DNA of 64,000 bases from Bryobacteraceae bacterium (lineage in GTDB: Bacteria > Acidobacteriota > Terriglobia > Bryobacterales > Bryobacteraceae). The notes under the pieces are model-generated. The model searched no databases and had not been told where the DNA came from. It saw only the letters and a list, made by a program, of their open reading frames with translations. The position numbers were made by a program, and so were the translations under genes. The stretch spans positions 493 to 64,492 of the forward strand of contig JANXAE010000001.1 in the NCBI GenBank assembly GCA_025062235.1, in the 5' to 3' direction. Every line of letters begins with the position of its first letter. Positions within the stretch are counted from its first letter, which is position 1. This document shows positions 17,746 through 26,514 of the stretch, piece after piece.

Positions 17746-18420
17746 TCAGATGAGGGCCTCGGGGTACGTTCCGAACTGGTGCAGGATGTAGCGGGGGCCG
17801 ACCAGGAAGCGGCCGCTGACCGGGTCCGGGACGACGAGGTTGAGCAGGAAACCGAGCAGCCCATGCGCGGCGCCAAGCAACCAGAGGCTCCGGTAGCGCA
17901 AAAAGAGCCGGGCAGCGAGGTAGCCCCCGGGCAGCGTAAGGGCCATCAGGAAGGGATTGGGCAGGTGCGCCAGCGAGAAAAGCAGGGCCGCAAGGAAGGG
18001 GGCGCGGCGTCCCCCGCCCGCTTGCCGGAGGCGATTGAGGAAGTAGCCGTTGAGGATCCACTGCTGGAGCAGGCCCCATACCAGGTAGACGGCGAGCGAG
18101 CCTGGCGCGCGTCGGAGGACGACAGGGTTGATCGTGTCGAGCAGCGCGCCCCCGGCGAGCAGGATCGCCGCAAGCAGGCCCACCCACGGAGCCAGCGCGG
18201 CGAAGGCCGTGCGCAGCTGGCCTGCGCCCAGCCCGAGCGCAGCGGCTCCCTCGCGCCGGATCGTGTGCGAGAGGACCACGATGGCCGCGATCCAGATCCA
18301 GCGCCAGGGGTGGAACAGGCGGATCTTCCAGATGTAGGTCAGGATGAGGCCGAAGACGCTCAGGGCCTCGATCAGAGCGGCGCGGTCGGGCTCGGGCGTA
18401 TCGCGCTCCATGCGCCTCAT
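17746..18420 (-). CDS. CPBP (CAAX/Abi) family intramembrane protein with a degenerate first catalytic motif
   Basis: Multi-TM. FSLAHLPN is present, but the EExxxR position reads QQWILNG. ATGA overlap with the upstream paralog at 18417-18420. Confidence 0.6.
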   Translation of the reverse strand: MRRMERDTPEPDRAALIEALSVFGLILTYIWKIRLFHPWRWIWIAAIVVLSHTIRREGAAALGLGAGQLRTAFAALAPWVGLLAAILLAGGALLDTINPVVLRRAPGSLAVYLVWGLLQQWILNGYFLNRLRQAGGGRRAPFLAALLFSLAHLPNPFLMALTLPGGYLAARLFLRYRSLWLLGAAHGLLGFLLNLVVPDPVSGRFLVGPRYILHQFGTYPEALI

Positions 18421-19301
18421 CGGAACAGGGTGTGTCGCACGGAATTGACCAGGGCGTGCAGGAAGGCCGACGCCAGCACGCTGGTGGAACGTTGGAAGAC
18501 GAGGCCGTAGACGAAGCCGGCGATCGTGGCCAGCAACATGTAGCGCCAGTTGGGCAGCGGCCCGGGGCCGTTGTTCAGATGGGCCGCGCCGAAAACCAAG
18601 GCGGCGGCGAGCAGGCCGCGCAGGGGATCGCGGAAGCGTTGCACCAGCCAGTTCTGGATGAGAGAGCGGAACAGCAGCTCTTCGGGAATGGCCACGCCGA
18701 GCAGCGTGATGAGCAAGAGCCGGAGGAACGCCACGGGATCTGCCTCGAGCGGCAGCCGCAGAGGACCGAGAAAGCCGAGGCTCCGTCCGAGCGCCGCGAG
18801 CGGCAGGGCGATCGCGGCGAAGGCGACGAGGGCGTACAGAAAGTCCCGCCCGCGCCTGGGCAGGTTGTATTTGTGACCCGGCCAGTTGCGGAAAATCACG
18901 AAGACGAGCAACCCCATGGCGAGCGCCGTGCCCTGCGCGGTCTCGTTGGCGATGGAGTGAGCGTGGGTGGGAAGCAGCGGCTTGCCGAGCGCGAACTCGA
19001 CCGGGAGCCACAGCAGCAACACGGCCGCCAGATCGCGGCCGGAAAGCCTCCGCCCGGCGTGGCGGCCGGAGTAAATCGCGGCGGTGGGCGCCAGCAGCCA
19101 AGCCGCCAGCAGCGGCAAGAACGCGGGGACGAGAGCGCCCTGGAGGAACAGCACAAGCGAGAAGAAGGCGGCCAGCAACAACGGCACGAGGAAGACCGCC
19201 GCGGGCCGCGAGCCGAAACAGCGCCTCAAGGCGGCCTGGCGGCGCGGCGACAATAGCGCCAGCATCAGGACGATGAAGACGACGGCGACCAGCGTGGCCA
19301 C
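18417..19301 (-). CDS. CPBP (CAAX/Abi) family intramembrane metalloprotease
   Basis: EELLFRS, FGAAHLNN and FLHALVNS motifs are all present. GTG start at 19301. Confidence 0.8.
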   Translation of the reverse strand: MATLVAVVFIVLMLALLSPRRQAALRRCFGSRPAAVFLVPLLLAAFFSLVLFLQGALVPAFLPLLAAWLLAPTAAIYSGRHAGRRLSGRDLAAVLLLWLPVEFALGKPLLPTHAHSIANETAQGTALAMGLLVFVIFRNWPGHKYNLPRRGRDFLYALVAFAAIALPLAALGRSLGFLGPLRLPLEADPVAFLRLLLITLLGVAIPEELLFRSLIQNWLVQRFRDPLRGLLAAALVFGAAHLNNGPGPLPNWRYMLLATIAGFVYGLVFQRSTSVLASAFLHALVNSVRHTLFR

Positions 19302-19338
19302 GGGTCTTCGCGCCTCCGGAGGCGCGCTTGCGAGCGGG

Positions 19339-20832
19339 CTACAGCGCCTCGATCCGGCGGTAGATTTCTCTCAGTGCGGGGTACAGCGCCCGGTACACGG
19401 CGTGCCCGCGTGCGTAGAATTGCGATTCCGCCTCGCGGGGCTCCAGGGCCTCGACCTCGCGGATGGCCACGCGGCAGACCTCCGGGACCGAAGAGTAGGG
19501 GCCCGTGCCTGCCAGCGCCAGCAGTGCAGCGCCGTAGGCCGATCCTTCCTGGGTTTCGAGCACGACGACCCGGCGCGCGAAGACGTCGGCCAGCAACTGG
19601 CGCCAGAAGGCGCTCCGGGCGCCGCCGCCGGAGAGCCGCACGGATGCGACGCGGACGCCGAGCTGCTCGATGAGGTCGAGGCAGTCCTTCTGGCTGTAGC
19701 TGACGCCTTCGAGGAGGGACCGAATCAAGTCCGCACGGGAATGTTTCGCCGTGAGGCCGATCCATCCGCCCCGCGCGTAGGGATCCAGGTGCGGCGTGCG
19801 CTCGCCCATGAGGTAGGGAAGCCAGAACAAGCCGTGCGCGCCGGGCGGGGAGGCGGCAGCTTCGCGGGTGAGCGCGTCGTAGTCGCCGCCGGGCGCCAGG
19901 TGGTTGCGGAACCATTGCAGGCTGAGGCCGGCGCCCTGCGTGACGCCCATGACGTGCCAAGCGCCCCGAACGGCATGGCAGAAGGTGTGCACGCGGCCTT
20001 GCGGGTCATAGGCGGGCTGGTCCATGTGCGCGAAGACCACGCCCGAAGTGCCCAGGGTGCACGAGACGACGCCAGGCTCCACGATGCCGTTGCCCACGGC
20101 GCTGGAAGCCTGGTCGCCTCCGCCGCCCACGACGGGGGTGCCTGGCTCGAGGCCCGTGGCCTCGGCCGCGGCCGCCGTGACGGCGCCCGTAACGTCGCTC
20201 GATTCGTACACCGCGGGAAGGATGTTCTTGTCGAGGCCCAGTCGCTCGACCATCTCCCAGGCCCAGGTGCGACGGACCACGTCGAACAGCGACGTGCCGG
20301 AGGCGTCCGATACCTCGGTGGCATACTCGCCGGTGAGCCTGTAGCGCACGTAATCCTTGGGCAAGAGCATTTTCCTCAGGCGGGCGAAACGAGCCGGCTC
20401 GTTGTCGCGCACCCAGAGCAGCTTGGGCAGCGTGAATCCCGTCAGCACGGGATTCGCGGTGTAGCGCAGGACAGCCTCTGGCCCGAGCGTGGCGTTCACC
20501 CAGTCCACTTGCGCCTGGCTGCGCTGGTCGCACCAGATCAGCGAGGGACGGATGACCTCGCCGGTCTCGTCCAGCATGACGAGGCCGTGCATCTGGCCCG
20601 AAAGGCCGATCCCGCGCACTTGGGCCCCGGTGATTCCCGCCTCGCGGAGCACGCCGCGGACGGCTTGCTGGGTGGCCTCCCACCAATTCTCCGGACGCTG
20701 CTCGGCCCATAGCGGGCGCTCCATGCGCATTTCTTCGTGCGGAGCGGTGAAGCCGGCCCGCACGCGGCCGCGCTCGTCCACCAGCAGAGCTCTGGTTCCG
20801 CCCGTACCGACGTCAATTCCCATCCAGTACAT
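19339..20832 (-). CDS. xylB: xylulokinase (FGGY carbohydrate kinase)
   Basis: MYWMGIDVGTGGTRALLVD, LSGQMHGLVMLD, LLWVRDNEP and GGGARS; 497 aa. Confidence 0.8.
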   Translation of the reverse strand: MYWMGIDVGTGGTRALLVDERGRVRAGFTAPHEEMRMERPLWAEQRPENWWEATQQAVRGVLREAGITGAQVRGIGLSGQMHGLVMLDETGEVIRPSLIWCDQRSQAQVDWVNATLGPEAVLRYTANPVLTGFTLPKLLWVRDNEPARFARLRKMLLPKDYVRYRLTGEYATEVSDASGTSLFDVVRRTWAWEMVERLGLDKNILPAVYESSDVTGAVTAAAAEATGLEPGTPVVGGGGDQASSAVGNGIVEPGVVSCTLGTSGVVFAHMDQPAYDPQGRVHTFCHAVRGAWHVMGVTQGAGLSLQWFRNHLAPGGDYDALTREAAASPPGAHGLFWLPYLMGERTPHLDPYARGGWIGLTAKHSRADLIRSLLEGVSYSQKDCLDLIEQLGVRVASVRLSGGGARSAFWRQLLADVFARRVVVLETQEGSAYGAALLALAGTGPYSSVPEVCRVAIREVEALEPREAESQFYARGHAVYRALYPALREIYRRIEAL

Positions 20833-20881
20833 GCGGCTGTCCTCCTCAGCGTGGGTCGTGCCCGTTCAGACCTGGGCGGGG

Positions 20882-21808
20882 TCAGGATCCACGGCCGGCA
20901 GCCTGGAAAGGCAAGTAGGCCGCACCGTACAGACCCGCCTCGTTGCCCAGGATGGCTTTTTCGATGCGCGTGGGCGAGTGGCGGTATACGTACGAACGGC
21001 GCCGGACTTCCTCGAACATGGCGGGGGCGAAGAACTCCCAGGCCGGCAGCATGCCGCCGCTCAGCAAGTACAGGGGGAAATTGAAGGCGTTGACGAGATT
21101 GGCGAGGGCGATGCCGAGCGCCTGGCCCATGACCTGGAAGACCAGACGGGCCTTCTCGTTGCCGGCCGCCGCGAGGTTGTAGACCTGCTCGGCAGTCAAG
21201 TCGTCGCCCAGGCCCATCAGTTTGGCCATGGCGCTGACTGCAGTGGCCGAGGCGTGCTTTTCCAGGCAGCCGGTGTTGCCACAGCCGCAGGGATTGCCGT
21301 TGGGCACCACCGTCATGTGGCCCAGCTCGGCGGCCATGCCGACGCAGCCGTGCAAGACCCGGCCGCCGACGATGATGCCGCCGCCGATGCCGGTGCCCAA
21401 GGTGAGCAGGACCAGATCCTCGACCTCTCGCCCGGCGCCCATCCATTTCTCTCCCAGAGCCGCAGCGTTGGCGTCGTTTTCCAGGATCACGGGCGTTCCG
21501 CTGCGCTGCGAGATCTGGTCGCGCAACGGGTAATCGTCGAATCCGGGCAGGTTGGGGGAACTGGTGATCACGCCTTTCTCCATGAGGATGAAGCCCGCGG
21601 CGCCCACGCCCACTCCGACCAAGGAGTCGGCGCCCAGGCGAGCACGCAACTGCCGGATTGCCGCGACGATCTCGGCGACGACGGCGTCCGGCCCCGCGGT
21701 GAGGTCGGTGGGGCGGGAAATCTTTTCGAGAACGCGGCCGTCGCGGTCAATGGCCGCCGCGCGCAGGTTCGTTCCGCCGAGGTCCACGCCGATCGAATAC
21801 TCCGCCAT
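20882..21808 (-). CDS. ROK-family glucokinase
   Basis: IGVDLGGTNLR, ENDANAAALGE and the zinc motif HMTVVPNGNPCGCGNTGCLE. Confidence 0.85.
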   Translation of the reverse strand: MAEYSIGVDLGGTNLRAAAIDRDGRVLEKISRPTDLTAGPDAVVAEIVAAIRQLRARLGADSLVGVGVGAAGFILMEKGVITSSPNLPGFDDYPLRDQISQRSGTPVILENDANAAALGEKWMGAGREVEDLVLLTLGTGIGGGIIVGGRVLHGCVGMAAELGHMTVVPNGNPCGCGNTGCLEKHASATAVSAMAKLMGLGDDLTAEQVYNLAAAGNEKARLVFQVMGQALGIALANLVNAFNFPLYLLSGGMLPAWEFFAPAMFEEVRRRSYVYRHSPTRIEKAILGNEAGLYGAAYLPFQAAGRGS

Positions 21809-21858
21809 CGCTCGAATGATATCAGAGCGGCGGCGCCGCGACGGGCGTGCGCCGGGCC

Positions 21859-23691
21859 TCAGGCGCGGCTGGGGGCTTCCGGCTGGCGGGTTTCCTGGTC
21901 CTTGTACTGGAGTTGGTAGAGCCGCCAGTAGATGCCTCGTTGGGAGAGCAGTTGCTGGTGCGTGCCGGTCTCGCGCAACCTACCCTTGTGCAGCACCAGG
22001 ATGAGGTCGGCGCGCTGGATGGTCGAGAGCCGGTGGGCGATGATGATCGCGGTGCGCCCCTCCGTCAGACGGGCGATGGCTTCGCGCACGCGCAGTTCGG
22101 TCTCGGTATCCACGCTGGAGGTGGCTTCGTCCAGGATGAGGAAGCGCGGGTTGTGCGCGAGGGCGCGTGCGAAGCTCACCAGCTGTTTCTGCCCTGTGGA
22201 AAGGCCGTCGCCGCGCTCGCGCAACGGCTGCGCGAAGCCTGCGGGCAGCGAGTTGATGTACTCGAGCAGGTTGACCTGCTCGGCGGCACGGACCAGCTCG
22301 TCTTCGGTGATCCATTCCGTGCCCAGCCGGATGTTGTCCCCGATGGTGCCGGAGAACAGGTGGGGATCCTGGAGGACGACGCCGAACTGCCGGCGCAACT
22401 CGCGCGGATCGAATTCGCGAATGTCCACGCCACCGATGCGGATGGAGCCGCGCTGCACGTCGTAAAAGCGCAGCAGCAGGCTGACGAGGGTGGTCTTGCC
22501 GGCGCCCGTGTGGCCGACCACGGCGACGGTCTGTCCGGGCTCGATGCGGAAGCTGACGTCCCTGAGCACCCAATCCTCGTCCTTGTAAGCGAACCAGACG
22601 CCGTCGAACTCGATGGGCACGGGCCCCCCGGGTACGGGGCGCGGCGCGACGGGCGCCAGGATGCCAGGGCGGGTGTCGAGCAGGGCGAAGATCCTCTCGG
22701 CCGCGGCCATGGCGGCTTGCAGCAGGTTGTATTTCTCGCTCAGGTCCTGGATGGGGCGGAAAAAGCGCATGCTGTACTGGAAAAAGGCGACCAGCACGCC
22801 GAGCGTCAGCCCGCCCGATTGGACGCGGTAGCCGCCGTAGGCGAGCATGAGCGCCAGCGACAGGACGGCAAGGAACTCCACCGCGGGGTAGAACCACCCG
22901 TAGGCCGTGATCGCATCCTTGTAAGCCAACATGTGGTCGCGGTTGATCCGGCGGAACTCTTCCATGCTGCGCGCTTCGCGGTTGAACAACTGCACCACGG
23001 TCATGCCGTGGATGTGTTCTTGCAGGAACGCGTTGATGCGCGCGATGGCGGCCCGGATGCGGCGGTAGCTGGCCGTAGCCTGGCGGCGGAACAGCAGCGT
23101 CACGCCCACGATGAGCGGGAGCACGGCGAGCATGGCCAGCGTGAGGCCGGGGCTGAGCTGCACCATTGCCAGGAGCACCAGGCTCAGGGCCAACAGGTCG
23201 CCGACGATGGTCACCAAGCCCGAGGCCAGCAGCTCGTTGAGGGCGTCCACGTCGGTGGTGACGCGGGTGACCAGGCGGCCGACGGGGTGGCGGTCGAAGA
23301 AGGCGATGTCGGCGCGGTGAAGGTGCTCCATCAATTCGCGGCGCAGATCGAACATGGCGCGTTGCCCGGTCCACTGCATCAGGTACGCCTCGGCGAAGCC
23401 CAACGCCAGGCCGGCAGCGATGACCAGCAAGTACAGCAGCGCAATCTGCGCCAGCCCGATGTGGGGGTCGCTGGACAGCCATGCGTTCCAAGGCGCGGGC
23501 GGCCGGGCGACCGGGACCAGATACCAATCCACCGCCGCCTTGCTGAGCAGCGGACCCACGACCTGAAGGCCGGAAAGCGCCAGCATGGCGGACAGGGCCA
23601 GCGCCACAGCAGCCCAGTACGGACGCAGGTAGCCGAGCAGGCGGCGCATCAGGCGCCCGTCGTAGGCTTTGCCCAGAACCTCTTCGTCCAC
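21859..23691 (-). CDS. ABC exporter, fused permease/ATPase (MsbA/multidrug type)
   Basis: Six N-terminal TM helices; Walker A GHTGAGKTT, signature LSTGQKQ, Walker B ILILDEATS. Confidence 0.9.
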   Translation of the reverse strand: MDEEVLGKAYDGRLMRRLLGYLRPYWAAVALALSAMLALSGLQVVGPLLSKAAVDWYLVPVARPPAPWNAWLSSDPHIGLAQIALLYLLVIAAGLALGFAEAYLMQWTGQRAMFDLRRELMEHLHRADIAFFDRHPVGRLVTRVTTDVDALNELLASGLVTIVGDLLALSLVLLAMVQLSPGLTLAMLAVLPLIVGVTLLFRRQATASYRRIRAAIARINAFLQEHIHGMTVVQLFNREARSMEEFRRINRDHMLAYKDAITAYGWFYPAVEFLAVLSLALMLAYGGYRVQSGGLTLGVLVAFFQYSMRFFRPIQDLSEKYNLLQAAMAAAERIFALLDTRPGILAPVAPRPVPGGPVPIEFDGVWFAYKDEDWVLRDVSFRIEPGQTVAVVGHTGAGKTTLVSLLLRFYDVQRGSIRIGGVDIREFDPRELRRQFGVVLQDPHLFSGTIGDNIRLGTEWITEDELVRAAEQVNLLEYINSLPAGFAQPLRERGDGLSTGQKQLVSFARALAHNPRFLILDEATSSVDTETELRVREAIARLTEGRTAIIIAHRLSTIQRADLILVLHKGRLRETGTHQQLLSQRGIYWRLYQLQYKDQETRQPEAPSRA

Positions 23692-23741
23692 TTCCCACCA
23701 ATCTAACAGAGGCTGAGCGCCCGCTTGGTGCGCGGCCTGCT

Positions 23742-24641
23742 TTGCTAGATTGGGAGTTTGTGGACGGAGTCATCGTCGTAGACAAGCCGCTGGGCTGGAC
23801 CTCCCACGATGCGGTAGCCAAGGTGCGCAAGCTGGCGGGGACGCGTCGGGTGGGGCACCTGGGTACGCTCGATCCGATCGCCACCGGCGTGCTGCCGCTG
23901 GTCGTGGGGCGCGCTACGCGGCTGGCGCAGTTCTACCTGAGGAGCGACAAGGTTTACGACGCCATCATTCGCTTCGGCTACGCCACCGACACCTACGATT
24001 CCGAAGGCCGGCCGACTACGCCGGTGACGGAGCCGGAACTGGACCGGGAGCGTCTGGAGCAGGAACTGGCGCGGATGCGCGGCACCATCCTCCAGATGCC
24101 GCCACCCATCTCGGCCAAGAAGATCGGCGGGGTGCCGGCGTACCGGCTGGTTCGCAAGAACGTCCCGGTCGAGCTCAAGCCGGTCGAGGTCAGCATCTAC
24201 ACCGCCGAGCTGCTGGAAATCCATGGCCCCGAGGCGCGCGTCCTCGTGCACTGCTCGGCCGGCACGTACCTGCGCACGGTGGCACACGATCTGGGTGTGG
24301 CTCTGGGATGCGGTGCACACCTGAAGACGCTGAAGCGCACGGCGACCGGAGAGTTCACGATCGAGCGCGCCCACAGCATCGAGCGTCTGGAGGAGCTGGC
24401 GCGGCAGGGACGCCTGCAGGAGGCGCTGATCCCCATGGCCCGCCTGCTGCCCGAGTTCCCGACCGAGATCGTGGATCAAGTGACCGCGGGCCACATCCGG
24501 CATGGCCGCGACTTCCGGGTGTCGCCCTTCCACGTGCGGCCCGGGTCCCGTTACGTCAAGGCGGTGACCCAAGACGGGGATCTGATCGCCATCGGGGAGG
24601 CGCGCCTACCCAATCTTTACCATCCGATCATGGTCCTTTAA
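23742..24641 (+). CDS. truB: tRNA pseudouridine(55) synthase
   Basis: GVIVVDKPLGWTSHD and GHLGTLDPIATGVLPLVVG. TTG start at 23742. Confidence 0.92.
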   Translation: MLDWEFVDGVIVVDKPLGWTSHDAVAKVRKLAGTRRVGHLGTLDPIATGVLPLVVGRATRLAQFYLRSDKVYDAIIRFGYATDTYDSEGRPTTPVTEPELDRERLEQELARMRGTILQMPPPISAKKIGGVPAYRLVRKNVPVELKPVEVSIYTAELLEIHGPEARVLVHCSAGTYLRTVAHDLGVALGCGAHLKTLKRTATGEFTIERAHSIERLEELARQGRLQEALIPMARLLPEFPTEIVDQVTAGHIRHGRDFRVSPFHVRPGSRYVKAVTQDGDLIAIGEARLPNLYHPIMVL

Positions 24642-24808
24642 TCGGAGTGGACCGCTCTGCCGCGGTCGGGCTGTCGCGCGGCGGCGAAGGCGCCGGGCCG
24701 GCGTCTGGCGCGGCCAGTACTTCGGCGGAGAGGGATCTGCGGGAGTGCCCAGGGCGGGGTGCGGCGCTTCAGCTGCGAGCCGGCGTACCGGACACGAGTG
24801 GCCTGCGA

Positions 24809-26419
24809 TCACCTGCGCGTCACTACGACCGAGCGCCAAGAAGTGTTGCCGGCCGCATCTCGCGCGCGCACCGTGATCGTGGTCGAGCCCGTGTAGAGCG
24901 GCACGGGCCCTGCGATCCACTCGGTGGTTCCTTGCGCCACGCCGGAGTGTCCGTTGGAGGAAGTCCAGTTGACTTGGGCGACGCCGACGTTGTCGGAGGC
25001 CGTGCCGCGCAGCGTGATGCTCGCAGAGTTGACGACCACGGTGGTCGTCGTGGGGTAGGTGATGGCGAGCGAGGGAGGCACCGTATCGCGGCCGGCCGGT
25101 GGCTGTGGCGTCGGGTTCTGCGGCGGTTGCGGGTTGGCGGGCGGCGAGCTCGGGGGCGTAGTGGGCGTGGAAGGCGGCGTCGCCGGCGGTTGCGGGGTTG
25201 GCGGTGGGCTCGGAGAAGGCTGGGGTGTGGCGGGAGGTTGCGTTGGGGCGCCCGGAGGGGAGGACACCGGTTCGCGAGCCGCGTAGAGCTCGCGGATCGC
25301 CGCGATGTCCTCCTCGGTCAGCTCGCTCACCTTGCGGTAGTACGGGTACATCACGGCGCCAGGCTTGTCGGAATGGCCGAGCCCGAGGGCGTGCCCGAGC
25401 TCGTGCAACGCCACGCTGAACAGGTCCACGTACTCGCCGATGGCCCAGGGTTCGTCGTCGTCGAAGTGCACGTCGCCCGCCAGGGGCTCGTAGTTGGGCG
25501 GCGCAGGATAGAAGGCATGCGCCAGCACGCGGCCGGGTCCGTCGAAGGGATAGGGGCAGCCGTGGTCGCGCGCGCCGAAATGCAACCGCAAGGTGCGCGG
25601 CCCCCACTCATCGGCGCCAGGGCTGAAGCGGATCGCCACGTACCGTGCCCACTCCTCGAGCGCCCGCAGGATCTCGCCGGCTGCCCGGTCACGTTCCAGG
25701 CGCCTCGCCATCTGCGCCAGCCAGTAGCGCAGTTCAACCGAGTTTCGCCCCGGCCCGTCCCAGCCATCGCCCACGGAGGCCACGTACTGGCCCACCGGCC
25801 CCCAGGCGGTCATGGCGCCCGCGCAGGCGATTACGGGTTCGCCCCGCAGGAGCTCGCCGGAGGCGGGGTAGACGTAGGCCACTTCGTCCCACTCGGCCAG
25901 CCTCTGGACGCGCGACGGCGCCCCCTCCACGAGCAGCTCGTTGTCGTGCAGCGCCGCATGTTCCCGAATCTCGAGCAGGTGCTCGCGCGCCAACGCCTCG
26001 GCTTCCTGGCGGGGCACGTCCGGGTGGAACTGGACCACGCACTGCCAGCGCTCCCCCGTGGTCAGGGCGGGACTCAGCTTGTCGGGCGCTTCCAGACGCA
26101 CGAGCCGACGCACGTCGAGACCCTCCAGTTCGAGCTCGTCTGGCGCCTCGATCACCATCGCGCCGTCGGGCACGTAGGCCACCAAGCGCGCACCGCGGCG
26201 TTCGAGTTCGACCACCGCCGTCGGGTCCACTCCCGCACCGAACTGCACCACGACGTGGGAACGCCCGGGAAGCCGCGATTTGACGCGCGGCAGCCGCCAC
26301 ATCGCCGCGACCGTTTCCGAGCGCGCGGCGCTCTTGAGCCGGAGAGGCAGTTCGCTCGCCATGCCCGCGCCCGCCGTCACCAGCAAGGGCCAGATGATTC
26401 GACGCATCCAGCGGCTCAC
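24809..26419 (-). CDS. secreted M10 (matrixin-like) zinc metalloprotease with a propeptide-like N-terminal region, a Pro-rich linker and a C-terminal Ig-like domain
   Basis: Signal peptide; VALHELGHALGLGHS (HExxHxxGxxH) followed by a Met-turn (AVMYP). A Pro/Thr/Gln-rich linker of about 60 aa lies at roughly 25094-25273, followed by a beta-rich tail. Confidence 0.85.
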   Translation of the reverse strand: MSRWMRRIIWPLLVTAGAGMASELPLRLKSAARSETVAAMWRLPRVKSRLPGRSHVVVQFGAGVDPTAVVELERRGARLVAYVPDGAMVIEAPDELELEGLDVRRLVRLEAPDKLSPALTTGERWQCVVQFHPDVPRQEAEALAREHLLEIREHAALHDNELLVEGAPSRVQRLAEWDEVAYVYPASGELLRGEPVIACAGAMTAWGPVGQYVASVGDGWDGPGRNSVELRYWLAQMARRLERDRAAGEILRALEEWARYVAIRFSPGADEWGPRTLRLHFGARDHGCPYPFDGPGRVLAHAFYPAPPNYEPLAGDVHFDDDEPWAIGEYVDLFSVALHELGHALGLGHSDKPGAVMYPYYRKVSELTEEDIAAIRELYAAREPVSSPPGAPTQPPATPQPSPSPPPTPQPPATPPSTPTTPPSSPPANPQPPQNPTPQPPAGRDTVPPSLAITYPTTTTVVVNSASITLRGTASDNVGVAQVNWTSSNGHSGVAQGTTEWIAGPVPLYTGSTTITVRARDAAGNTSWRSVVVTRR

Positions 26420-26514
26420 AACCCCGCTTATCGAACCCGTCCGCGCCAGTTTGAATCCGAGTTGCGCCGAGAGGAGCCTGCCCTCCGGCGCACGACATTA
26501 ATACCGGCGCTGCG

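Noticed and set aside
25094-25273. A Pro/Thr/Gln-rich, repetitive-looking DNA segment, considered as a tandem repeat or insertion.
   Set aside because: It is in frame inside the metalloprotease gene and encodes a typical interdomain Pro-rich linker. No exact DNA repeat unit is discernible.
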